64,000 bases of DNA from an uncultured Verrucomicrobiae bacterium (GTDB taxonomy: Bacteria > Verrucomicrobiota > Verrucomicrobiia > Chthoniobacterales > UBA10450). The stretch spans positions 960,001 through 1,024,000 of the forward strand of contig CAVSDR010000003.1 in NCBI GenBank assembly GCA_963726745.1, written 5' to 3'. The notes beneath the pieces are model-generated. The model made no database searches. It saw only the letters and a program-made list of their open reading frames with translations, and had not been told where the DNA came from. The position numbers were made by a program, and so were the translations under genes. Below are positions 31,721 to 41,372 of this stretch, piece by piece; the first letter of the stretch is position 1, and each line of letters starts with the position of its first letter.

Positions 31721-32707
31721 TTAGTTCAGCAACCATTCAAGCAGCGCACGCTGCACATGAAAGCGGTTTTCCGCCTCGTCGATCACGCGGCTGCGCGGCC
31801 CGTCGAGGACCGCGTCTGCGATCTCGACATTCCGGCGCACCGGCAGGCAGTGGAGGAAAATCGCGTCGCGCGCTGCCTGGGCAAAGTGCTCCGGCGTGAC
31901 CATCCAACCGGGAAACTGCGTGACTGTTTCCGGCGGCAACCCCGCAGCCGTCGCTGGTCCCCAGGCCTTCGCGTAAACCGCGCGCGCGCCAGCGAGGGCG
32001 GCGCTTTGCTCGTGCGTGAAAGTGATGCTGCCACCGGTGGCCGCGGCGTATTGTGCGGCCTCGGCGATGACGCTCGGGTGCAATTCGAAGCCCGGCGGGT
32101 GGGCCACGCGGATCTCACAGCCGCGCGCCGCGGCGGTCAGGAGAAAGCTATTCGGCACGGCTTTTGGCAGCGGTTTGATGTGTGGCGCCCAGGTGAGGGC
32201 AACGGGCAGGCCGCGCGCGGCGCCGAAGTTTTCCTCGATCGTGAGCAGGTCGGCCAGACCCTGGCAGGGATGCTCGCGCGCGCTTTCCAGACTAACGACC
32301 GGCACGGTCGCGAATTGCTCGAAGGCATGGAGGATGCGGTCGGCGTTGTCGTCGTCGTCGTTTTGGTTGGCGGCGAAAGTGCGCACGCCGAGCGCGTCGA
32401 CGTAACGGCTGAGCACGGGGACCGCTTCCTTCAGATGCTCGGGGCGATCGGCGTTCATGATCGCGCCAACGCGATCCTCGACCTTCCAGGTGTCGCCGGT
32501 GTCGAGCACGATGGCGTTGCCGCCGCCGCGGAGCATGACCGCCTCGAAGGAAGTGCGGGTGCGCAGCGAGGGATTGAAGAAAAGCAGGCCGAGGATCTTG
32601 CCGGCTAAATTCTGCTGGTGCGGCTGGCCTTTCGCGGCCTGCGCTGCGGCCAGGAGCCGGTCGACGTTTTCCAGGCCGAGCCGGGCGATCGAGGTGGCGT
32701 GCTGCAT
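31721..32707 (-). CDS. argF: N-acyl-ornithine transcarbamylase (ArgF'), succinyl-type signature
   Basis: FFNPSLRT, DRPEHLKEA, HPCQ, TWAPHIKPLP, HCLPVRRNV: AOTCase/SOTCase-type motifs rather than classical OTC STRT and SMG. Confidence 0.88.
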   Translation of the reverse strand: MQHATSIARLGLENVDRLLAAAQAAKGQPHQQNLAGKILGLLFFNPSLRTRTSFEAVMLRGGGNAIVLDTGDTWKVEDRVGAIMNADRPEHLKEAVPVLSRYVDALGVRTFAANQNDDDDNADRILHAFEQFATVPVVSLESAREHPCQGLADLLTIEENFGAARGLPVALTWAPHIKPLPKAVPNSFLLTAAARGCEIRVAHPPGFELHPSVIAEAAQYAAATGGSITFTHEQSAALAGARAVYAKAWGPATAAGLPPETVTQFPGWMVTPEHFAQAARDAIFLHCLPVRRNVEIADAVLDGPRSRVIDEAENRFHVQRALLEWLLN

Positions 32708-32713
32708 GACTCG

Positions 32714-33838
32714 TTAGCCGAAGCGATGCACTTCCGCGGCGAGCGCAGCCATCGCGTCGTCACTCAGGTTCAAGGGCGGCATCAGCCGCAAAACCTCCGG
32801 GTCGCTGCTGCCACCGACGAGGATGCAGTTCTCTTGCAGGTGTGCCTTCAGCTCCTTTGCCGCCCCCGGGACTTCGAGGCCGAGGAGCAAGCCGCTCCCG
32901 CGCACCGCCTGCACGCAGGAACCGTCGAGCATTTGCCGGAGCTTCCGCTCGCAGGTGAGCGCGCGCTCCATCAATTGCTCCTGCTCGATCACCTCGAGCG
33001 TGGCCAGCAGGGCCGCGCAAGCCAGCGGTGAGCCGCCGAAAGTGCTGCCTAAATCGCCCTGCTTAAGCTGCGCCGCGATTGCTTCCGTCATCAGCAATGC
33101 GCCGATCGGCACACCGGAGGCGAGGCCTTTCGCGCTCGTGATCATGTCCGGCAGCACACCATGTTTGGTCGCTGCATACGGGAAACCCAGGCGGCCCACG
33201 CCGGTCTGGATCTCATCGAAGATCAAGAGCGTGCCGGCTGCACTCGTTAGGCGGCGGAGCTTCTCCAGGAAGCTGGTCGTCGCCGGTCGAATCCCGGACA
33301 TGCTCTGGATCGGCTCGAGCAGAACCGCGGCGACGGTGGCGAAATCGAAGGCGTCGAGCGCAGCTTCGTCGTTCCAGGGCAACTGCGTGCAAGGCGCAAG
33401 CAACGGCGCGTAAGGCGCGGAGATTTTCGGGTCGTCGGTCAGCGAAAGCGGGAGGGTGCCGCGGCCATGCCAGCCGCCGGCGAAGGCGGCGAAGCGATGG
33501 CGCCCGGTGATTTTGACGGCCACCTTGAGCGCGTTCTCGTTCGCTTCGCTGCCGCTATTGCAAAAAAAGACGCTCGCCATGCCGGCGAACCTAACGAGTG
33601 CTTCCGCGGCTTGATTCCGCACCGGCACTTCCGCGGCGGTGCTGTAGAATAAAAGCTCGTGCGCCTGCGCGCTGATCGCGTCGGCTATTTTCGGGTGCGC
33701 GTGCCCGGTGCTGCAGACGCAATGGCCGCCGTAAAAGTCGAAGTAGCGGCGGCCTTCCGCATCGAAAACGCAATCGCCTTTCCCGCGCACGAGCGGAAAC
33801 GGGTAGGGCGGGTAGGTCGGTAGGAGCGCGGCGCTCAA
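32714..33838 (-). CDS. argD: N-acyl-ornithine aminotransferase
   Basis: DFYGGH, CNSGSEANE, HGR, EPIQ, DEIQTG, SAKGLASG, GSTFGG. Confidence 0.9.
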   Translation of the reverse strand: MSAALLPTYPPYPFPLVRGKGDCVFDAEGRRYFDFYGGHCVCSTGHAHPKIADAISAQAHELLFYSTAAEVPVRNQAAEALVRFAGMASVFFCNSGSEANENALKVAVKITGRHRFAAFAGGWHGRGTLPLSLTDDPKISAPYAPLLAPCTQLPWNDEAALDAFDFATVAAVLLEPIQSMSGIRPATTSFLEKLRRLTSAAGTLLIFDEIQTGVGRLGFPYAATKHGVLPDMITSAKGLASGVPIGALLMTEAIAAQLKQGDLGSTFGGSPLACAALLATLEVIEQEQLMERALTCERKLRQMLDGSCVQAVRGSGLLLGLEVPGAAKELKAHLQENCILVGGSSDPEVLRLMPPLNLSDDAMAALAAEVHRFG

Positions 33839-36800
33839 GGATGATATTCCTGGAGGCTCTTCACGGTGATGCCGTGACTTTGCAGGGCGCGAATCCCGAC
33901 CACGCTGGCCTGGGCGGCGCGCATCGTGGTGATGATCGGGATCTTCGCGGTGCGCGCGCGGCTGCGCATGGTCAGCTCGTCTTCGCGCGGAATTTTGCCG
34001 CTCGGGGTGTTGATGATCAGCTGGACGTCGCCGTTCATGATCCGATCGAGCACGTGCGGCCGACCTTCGCGCAGCTTGAAAACGCGCGTCACCGGCAGGC
34101 CGGCTTCGCTCAAGGTATCGGCGGTGCCGCTGGTCGCGATGATCCCGAAGCCTAACGAGAGGTAATCCCGCGCCAGCGGGACGACGCGCTGCTTGTCGGT
34201 GTCTTTCACGCTGATGAAAACGTTGCCTGTTTTCGGGAGCGGCGGCGGCGCGGCCATCTGCGACTTCGCGTAGGCGCGGCCGAGGTCGACGTCGATGCCC
34301 ATGACTTCGCCGGTGGATTTCATCTCCGGGCCGAGGGCGGTGTCGCTCCCGAGATAACGCAGGAACGGGAAGACCGGCTCCTTGACCGAGAAATGTTTCG
34401 GCAAAATCTCTGCGGTAAAACCGAGCGTGCTCAGCTTTTCGCCGGCCATGACTTTGGCCGCGAGCTTGGCCAGCGGAACGCCGATCGCCTTGCTCACGAA
34501 CGGGACCGTGCGCGAGGCGCGCGGGTTGACCTCGAGCACGTAGAGGTCGTCGCCTTTGACGGCGAACTGCACGTTCATCAGGCCGCGCACTTCGAGCTCA
34601 CGCGCCATCGCTTTCGTCGCGGTGGAGATTTCAGCCAGCACTTTGTCGGGGAGCGAAAACGTCGGGATGGCGCAGGCGCTGTCGCCGCTGTGAATGCCGG
34701 CGAGCTGGACGTGTTCCATGATCGCGCCGATGACCGCGGTCTCGCCGTCGGCAATGCAATCCACATCCACCTCGACCGCGTCCTCGAGGAAGCGGTCGAC
34801 CAGAATAGGCCGGTCGGGGCTGACCTCGATCGCCGTCTGCATGTAGCGCGCGAGATCGGTGTCGTTGTAGACCAGCTCCATCGCCCGTCCGCCAAGGACA
34901 AACGATGGCCTAACGAGCACTGGATAGCCGACACGCTGCGGCGATCGCAAGCGCTTCCTCCGCGCTGACTGCGGTGCCGCTGGGCGTTTGCCGCAGGCCG
35001 AGCTTGTCGAGCATGGCGGCGAAAAGCTTGCGGTCTTCCGCTTTCTCGATGCTCTCGGGTTGCGTGCCGAGAATGGGGACGCCGGCCGCGCGCAGGCCGG
35101 CGGCGAGGTTGAGCGGAGTTTGTCCGCCGAACTGCACGATCACGCCCTCGGGTTGTTCCTGGTCGTAAATGTTGAGCACGTCTTCGAGCGTGAGCGGCTC
35201 GAAGTAGAGTTTGTCGCTGGTGTCGTAATCGGTCGAAACGGTCTCGGGATTCGAGTTCACCATGATCGTCTCGAAGCCGAGCTCGCGGAGCGCGAAGGCG
35301 GCGTGCACGCAGCAGTAATCGAACTCGATGCCCTGGCCGACGCGATTCGGGCCGCCGCCGAGGATCATAATCTTCCGGCGATCGCTCCGACGCATCTCGT
35401 TCTCGGTCCCGTAGGTCGAGTAGTAGTAGGGAGTAAAAGCTTCGAATTCCGCCGCGCAGGTGTCGACCAGGCGGTAAGTCGGGATCACGCCTAACGACTT
35501 ACGAAGGTCGCGGATCGCGGACTCCGATGGAATTCCAGGCGACCGCGAGCTGGCGATCGGAGAAGCCGAGCTTCTTCGCGCGGCGGAGGGTGTGGAGGTC
35601 AGGCTTCCAGCCTGACTCGGCGAGCAGGCTTCCAGCCTGCTCATCTCCTAACTGCAAAACGGCCGCATCACGTAGAACAAACGAACCGGACGCCAATCCG
35701 GCCAGATCGGGATTCCGCCGGATATATTCCCGCGAAGCCGCCAGATGCGCTGCGTCGTGGACAATCGTGTCGAAGCTCTCAGCCATCCAAACCGGTCCGG
35801 CATGCTGCAAGTCGCGGTTGAGTGCATTGGCAGTGAAGGATTTCCAGGAATGCAGTATCTCGCCGAGGGTCCGTCCCTCGTTAGGCCGGACGAGAACATG
35901 CACGTGGTTAGGCATGACCACGAAGGCGTCGAGCGCGTAGCGTTCGCCGTCGAAATGCTCGAGCGCTTCCGCGACAACCTTGGCGGCAGCCGGTTGCGCG
36001 AGCAGGCAGCTGCCATGGCCGCGGTCGAGCCATTCCTCGCGGTTTTCTTCGCAGAGGCGGAGGTATGAGCGGGCGGTTTGCCAATCCCATGGCTGAGGGT
36101 GCGCAGCCACGAATCGCTCGGTTTCCTCGCGCCACTGCTCGAGGACTTCTGCCGGGACAGAGTCGGCCAGGCGGAAAGTGACGAAGTAGGTCGCGCCGGG
36201 TTGTTCCCAGTGGGGGAGATGGCGGCGGGTTTGGTGGATTGCGGCTTGTGGGTCCAGGCCCTGGAAGATTGGTGGCTCTTTGCGACGGGCTGGAAGCCCG
36301 TCGGCCGAGTCAGCCTGGAAGCCTGACTTCCGGGCTTGTGGCAGGTCCGCGGCAGCTTCCACGATTTGGCGGATGTTGTGCAGGAACCACGGGTCGATTT
36401 TCGTCAGCTGGTGGATTTCTTCGGTCGTTAGGCCGTCCTGGAAGGCTTGGGCGACGTAGAAAATGCGCTCGGCGTTCGGGACGGCGAGCTTCAGGCGGAG
36501 CGCCTCGGGGTCGACGCGTTTTTCGGCGCCGTCGGCGCAGAGGCCAAAACGTTTGATCTCAAGCGAGCGCAATGCTTTTTGTAGCGCTTCCTTGAAGGTG
36601 CGGCCGATGGCCATGGCTTCGCCGACGCTTTTCATTTGCGTGGTGAGCGTCGCGTCTGCTTGCGGAAATTTTTCGAAGGTGAAGCGCGGGATTTTGACCA
36701 CGCAATAATCGATCGTCGGCTCGAAGCTCGCCGGCGTCTCGCGGGTGATGTCGTTGCGGATTTCGTCGAGGGTGTAGCCGACCGCGAGCTTGGCCGCGAT

Positions 36801-37766
36801 CTTAGCAATCGGGAAACCGGTGGCCTTGGAAGCGAGCGCGCTCGAGCGGGAAACGCGCGGATTCATCTCGATGACGCACATCCGGCCGTTCTGCGGATTG
36901 ACAGCAAATTGAATGTTCGAGCCGCCGGTCTCGACGCCGATCTCGCGGATGACCGCGAAGGAAGCGTCGCGCATGAGCTGGTACTCGCGGTCGCTTAAAG
37001 TCTGCGTGGGCGCGACGGTGATGGAGTCGCCGGTGTGCACGCCCATCGGATCGACGTTCTCGATCGCGCAAATGACCACGCAGTTGTCCGCGCAGTCGCG
37101 CATCACCTCCATCTCAAATTCCTTCCAGCCGACAAGCGATTCCTCGATCAGGACCTCGCTCACGGGGGAAAGCTCGAGGCCGAGGCCGGCGATCTGGTCG
37201 AGTTCCTCGCGGTTGTAGGCAATGCCGCCGCCGCGTCCGCCGAGGGTGAAGGCCGGGCGGATGATGAGCGGGAAGGTGCCGATGTTGTCGGCAATTGTCG
37301 AGAGCTCGCCTAACGAGTGCGCGACTCCGGAGCGCGGGACGTCGAGTCCGATGCGGAGCATGGCTTCCTTGAAGAGCTGGCGATCTTCGCCCTTGGCGAT
37401 GGCCTGGGCATTCGCGCCGATGAGCTTCACGCCGTGGCGCGCGAGCGCGCCGTTGCGATTCAATTCCATCGCGGCATTGAGCGCGGTCTGGCCACCCATC
37501 GTCGGGAGGATCGCGTCCGGCTTCTCGCGTTCCATGATCGCCTCGATCACCTCGGGAGTGATTGGCTCGATGTAGGTCCGGTCGGCAAATTCCGGATCGG
37601 TCATGATCGTGGCCGGGTTCGAATTAACCAGCACCACCTGGTAGCCCTCCTCGCGCAACGCCTTGCAGGCTTGCACCCCGGAATAATCGAACTCGCACCC
37701 TTGGCCAATGACGATCGGGCCGGAACCGATAAGGAGGATTTTCTTGAGCTCGTTGTTGCGCGGCAT
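33835..37766 (-). CDS. carB: Carbamoyl-phosphate synthase large subunit with an in-frame RAYT insertion (apparent +1 frameshifts near 35527 and 34938)
   Basis: [59 protein letters not shown] domain INTP; start ATG 37766. Confidence 0.96.
35594..35642 (+). repeat. REP-like double-hairpin repeat, distal end of the RAYT cassette
   Basis: GGAG GTCAGGCT-TCC-AGCCTGAC TCGGC GAGCAGGCT-TCC-AGCCTGCTC; GTGG at 35592-35595. Confidence 0.9.
36283..36331 (-). repeat. REP-like double-hairpin repeat, proximal end of the RAYT cassette (inverted copy)
   Basis: Minus strand GGAA GTCAGGCT-TCC-AGGCTGAC TCGGC CGACGGGCT-TCC-AGCCCGTCG. Confidence 0.9.
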
Positions 37767-37818
37767 CGGCGCGCGAACATTAGACGAAAAGGTTGGCGCG
37801 TCACGAAGGAATGCTTCG

Positions 37819-37868
37819 CTGGGCGAGATGCCCAGGAGGCCCACAGGCGGAACGCCTGGGCGACACGG
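37819..37868 (-). repeat. Degenerate REP-like double hairpin upstream of carB
   Basis: Plus strand CTGGGC-GAGAT-GCCCAG, then CAGGCG-GAA-CGCCTG. Confidence 0.5.
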
Positions 37869-37874
37869 CCGACG

Positions 37875-38345
37875 CTACGCGGCGGCAGCGGCGCGGCGCT
37901 GGCGGTCGAGGTAGACCTTACAAATTCCCTTCATCCGCGTGAGGATGTAATAGGTCGTTTGGCTGCGCACGCGCACGAGCTCCGCACCGACGATGCGGGT
38001 GACGAAGTCGCTGGGTAAATCGATGATCTCCTGCGGCGTGGCGCCATCGAGGCCCTTGCACAAAATGGAGGCCATCGCGCGGGTGAGCGTTTGCACTTCC
38101 GGGCCGAGGGTCATGCGGAAGTGCGCGCGGCCTTCGTCGTCCACCTGCAGGTAAACGCCCACGGTATCGGCGCATTCCTCGTCCTTGCGCACGTCTTCCA
38201 GCTGGAAAGTTTCGCCCGCGCGCGGCTCCTGTTTGCGCGCGCTGTCGGCATAGGAAACGAGGGTCTCGCGGCGCTCCACTTCCGGCAACATCTCGAAGAG
38301 GTGGATGATCTGGTCGAGCTTCGGCGGATACATCGGTTTACTCAT
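37875..38345 (-). CDS. SufE-like sulfur acceptor protein
   Basis: ERRETLVSYA, ECADTV (Cys), GATPQEIIDLP, C-terminal R; start ATG 38345. Confidence 0.7.
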   Translation of the reverse strand: MSKPMYPPKLDQIIHLFEMLPEVERRETLVSYADSARKQEPRAGETFQLEDVRKDEECADTVGVYLQVDDEGRAHFRMTLGPEVQTLTRAMASILCKGLDGATPQEIIDLPSDFVTRIVGAELVRVRSQTTYYILTRMKGICKVYLDRQRRAAAAA

Positions 38346-39103
38346 GCACGCCGCTCCGGCGCGGACAAGTGCCGCACAAATTCCCCGACCAGTGGAAAGT
38401 GATCCGAGGCGACACACGCGAGGGCAGTGCGATGGACCTCGAGCGAGACCGGATGGAGCGCGGCATTGGTGAAAATGTGGTCCACCGCCAGAGTTGGCCA
38501 TCTCGTCGGATAAGTCCGGCGCGGGTGCGGCGAGGGCAACAAGGCCCGCGCTTCGCGCAAAGTGCTGGCAAAAATCTGGTGGATGCGCGAACCGGGCCGG
38601 CTATTGAAATCGCCCATCAGGAGAAGCGGCTCATCTGTGGGAGCGGCCCCGAGATGCTCGGTTTTGACCAGCGCTTGCGCCTGGAGAAGACGCTCCGACA
38701 GCCCGAGGCCGAAGTGGGTATTGATCGTCTGCACGCGCCCGATTTCCGTCTCCACCTCGGCCCAAAGCGCGACCCGCTGCTCGCGGCAATACCAGGTGCC
38801 GCAGCCAGGCAATTCAATCGAGCGCGCATGCGTGAGCGGGAAGCGGCTGATGACTGCATTGCCATACTGTTCCTCCGCGCGGCGCATCGCCGGCTCGAAG
38901 AGAAATTGCCAGCCGAGCTCGGCCGCGATCGCCTGCGCCTGGTCGACGCCCGCCGAGCGCGCCCGGCCGAGGTCGAGTTCCTGCAAACCGACCAGATCCA
39001 CCTGCATGCTCGCAATCACTTCCGCGATGCGCTTCTCCGAGCGCTGGCGGTCGATCCCGACACAGCCATGCACATTGTAGGTGGCGACGCGGAGCCCGGG
39101 CAT
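38342..39103 (-). CDS. Endonuclease/exonuclease/phosphatase-family protein
   Basis: ATYNVH, LQELD, YGNA, NTHFGL, GDFN, DHIF, SDHFP. Confidence 0.9.
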   Translation of the reverse strand: MPGLRVATYNVHGCVGIDRQRSEKRIAEVIASMQVDLVGLQELDLGRARSAGVDQAQAIAAELGWQFLFEPAMRRAEEQYGNAVISRFPLTHARSIELPGCGTWYCREQRVALWAEVETEIGRVQTINTHFGLGLSERLLQAQALVKTEHLGAAPTDEPLLLMGDFNSRPGSRIHQIFASTLREARALLPSPHPRRTYPTRWPTLAVDHIFTNAALHPVSLEVHRTALACVASDHFPLVGEFVRHLSAPERRA

Positions 39104-39106
39104 GGT

Positions 39107-40411
39107 TCAGAGTTGCGGGCGCAAGGGGAGCGCGAGCCGCCCACGCCACTTGTCCTTCCACGGGCGTTGCCGCCAATCCGCGAGCGTGACTTCGCGTGAG
39201 TGGCTTTTGTCCTCCTCGAAAACACGCGTGTGCCGGCGCACGAAGTCGCGGCCCAGGACGTTGAGATTCGCCTCTTCGTTCAGCGAGAGGGAGCGGTTGT
39301 CGAGATTGGCCGAGCCGACCGAAGCCCAGACGTCGTCGACCAGGAGATACTTGCAGTGGAAGCGCGCCGGCAGGTATTCGAAGAAACGCGCGCCCGCCTC
39401 GAGCAACGGACCCCAGAGCGTCTGCCCGACGGCGCGCACGGTCTTCGCGTCAATGTCCGGGCCGGGGGTAATGATCTCGACCTTCACGCCGCGCTCGAGC
39501 GCCTGCAGCAACGTGTCGAGGCAAAGCTGATCGGGAATAAAGTAGGCGTTGGCGATCCGGATGGTGTGCCGCGCGGAGGCGATCGAGACCAGCAACATCA
39601 GGCGCGCGCTCGCGGAGCCTTCGCCGGCGGAACTCTTGAAGACCTGGCAACGGTCGTCGCCCGCCACCTCGAGCGCGGGAAAATAGTCGTCGCCATGGAG
39701 AAGCTCGGCGCGCGTCTGCAGCCAGTTATCCATGAAGGCCTGCTGCATCTGGCCGACCGCGGGACCTTCGAGTTCGTAATGCGAATCGCGCCAAAGATGT
39801 TTCGTGCGGCCGTCGCCCCGCCAATCGTCCGCGATCCCGGTGCCGCCGATGTAGCCATGCCGGCCATCGACGATCAGGAGCTTGCGGTGCGTGCGGAAAT
39901 TCATCGTTAGGCCGATGAAGCGAAAGACCTCGAGCTGCACCGGCGAAGCGCGGATGCGGTTCATCGCGCGCGCGTGCAGCCCATCGCAGCCGAGCGCGTC
40001 CTGCAGGAAATGCACCTTCACCCCGGCCTCGGCCCGCTCCACCAAAGCGTCGGCAAACGCCTCCGCGATTTCGCCTTCCCGCCAGAGGAAATTCTCGAAG
40101 CAAACCGTGCGCTCAGCGCTGCGGATGGCGGCCAGCATGGCCGGGAAAATTTGGTCGCCATTTTCCAGCGGGAGCACGCGGTTCCCGTCGAGCAACGGCG
40201 GCCCGAGCATCTGCCCCATGGTCCGGGCAAAGACTTCGTCGCCCGCGTCGTAATCCGCCTCGATCCGGTGGCCGACCTTCTTCTCGTTAGGGAAAAAATT
40301 CCGCGCGATCAGGAGCGAGGCCAGGCCGCCGGCCGCGGCCGCCGCCAGGAGCCGGGGCCATTGCGCTTCGTCGCCGGGAGCATCGTGCCACTTCACTCTC
40401 TCTATTCGCAT
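39107..40411 (-). CDS. cls: Cardiolipin synthase / phospholipase D family
   Basis: Two HKD motifs, HRKLLIVDG and HCKYLLVDD; GSANLDNRS. Confidence 0.88.
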   Translation of the reverse strand: MRIERVKWHDAPGDEAQWPRLLAAAAAGGLASLLIARNFFPNEKKVGHRIEADYDAGDEVFARTMGQMLGPPLLDGNRVLPLENGDQIFPAMLAAIRSAERTVCFENFLWREGEIAEAFADALVERAEAGVKVHFLQDALGCDGLHARAMNRIRASPVQLEVFRFIGLTMNFRTHRKLLIVDGRHGYIGGTGIADDWRGDGRTKHLWRDSHYELEGPAVGQMQQAFMDNWLQTRAELLHGDDYFPALEVAGDDRCQVFKSSAGEGSASARLMLLVSIASARHTIRIANAYFIPDQLCLDTLLQALERGVKVEIITPGPDIDAKTVRAVGQTLWGPLLEAGARFFEYLPARFHCKYLLVDDVWASVGSANLDNRSLSLNEEANLNVLGRDFVRRHTRVFEEDKSHSREVTLADWRQRPWKDKWRGRLALPLRPQL

Positions 40412-40450
40412 CTCTCGGGCGCGACGCGCCCTTCCCCGTGATCTCGCTGC

Positions 40451-41290
40451 CTAACGAACGGGCGGCGGCGTCGGCTGCTGGTTCGCCTTTGCCGGTGGCG
40501 TGCGTCCCGGCGGCCGCTGGCCGCGCCCGGGCGGATTGCGTCCCGTGCCGCCGCCGCTGCCGCCGCCGAGATTGATCGAGGGCAAGCCGAGCCCGCCGAG
40601 GCCGGAGAGGATGGGGCCAACGCCGCCACCGGAGACCTGCGTCCCTTGGTAGACCGGCTCGTTGTGCGCCGCCTCCGCGATCAGGTCGCGGCTGGGCAAC
40701 GGCGCGAATCCCACGATCAACGGATGCGTCTGCATGAGCTGGTCGAGGTCGATCTTGACCGGCTGCCCGAGCGTGGTCGCGCCCGCGGGCACCTCGAGCA
40801 TCTGGCCACCGCGCAGGTCGCGCGTTTGCGCCGGGACCTTGCGGAGGGAAAGACGCGCGTTGCCCTCGAGGACAATCAGCCGGCTGCGTCCGCCGCGGCT
40901 GCTTTCGAGGATCAAGGTGGTTCCCGTAACGGCGACGCTCACGGCGTTCCCGCGCACGCTCGCGCCGCCGGTGTTTTTCGGCACGCGCAAGAGGATGGAA
41001 CCGCTCTCCAGCTCCACGCTGCGGCCGCCGCGGGAATGGGTGTAGATCGTGTTCTCGCCCAGGCGGGTGAGCGTGAGATCGCGGAAGGTGAGCTCGGATT
41101 TCGAGCGCTCGCCGGTGCGGACCGCAGTCGTCTCGTCCACGACCGCATCGAGTTTCGCCGGCTGGGGCTTGCTCTCGTTAGGCAGCAAGTTCACTTCGCG
41201 GACGATGCGGGTGACGCGGGCCTCCTTCCCGGCGGCCAGGAGGACCGTCGGCAGCGCGAGAAAAAGGAGAAGGCAGGCGCGGCCGCTCAC
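40451..41290 (-). CDS. Secreted FecR-domain protein
   Basis: Signal peptide from GTG 41290; VRTGERSKSELTF, TRLGENT, VAVTGT, VLEG. Confidence 0.78.
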   Translation of the reverse strand: MSGRACLLLFLALPTVLLAAGKEARVTRIVREVNLLPNESKPQPAKLDAVVDETTAVRTGERSKSELTFRDLTLTRLGENTIYTHSRGGRSVELESGSILLRVPKNTGGASVRGNAVSVAVTGTTLILESSRGGRSRLIVLEGNARLSLRKVPAQTRDLRGGQMLEVPAGATTLGQPVKIDLDQLMQTHPLIVGFAPLPSRDLIAEAAHNEPVYQGTQVSGGGVGPILSGLGGLGLPSINLGGGSGGGTGRNPPGRGQRPPGRTPPAKANQQPTPPPVR

Positions 41291-41372
41291 TCCGTGATTC
41301 TCGGAAACGCGCGCGCGGAAGTCGAGCTTCCTTCTCGACCAGCGGCGCGCTTTCGTGCTCATTGGCGCCGGC

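Larger units (their letters stand above)
35594..36331 (-). mobile_element. REP-associated tyrosine transposase (RAYT, Y1 HUH) cassette inserted in frame in carB
   Basis: [36 protein letters not shown] (HUH), SWKSFTA, EYIRRNP (catalytic Tyr); bounded by 49-bp inverted repeats. Confidence 0.92.

Noticed and set aside
35594..36331. carB insert as an intein or self-splicing intron
   Set aside because: No intein block A start, no terminal His-Asn followed by Cys/Ser/Thr, and no HINT or LAGLIDADG motifs. The insert is almost entirely RAYT coding sequence, leaving no room for a group I or II ribozyme core.
35594..36331. carB insert as an ordinary IS200/IS605 or DDE insertion sequence
   Set aside because: No tnpB, no DDE motif and no evident target duplication. 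The motifs and paired REP-like ends fit RAYT better, and the host frame is preserved.
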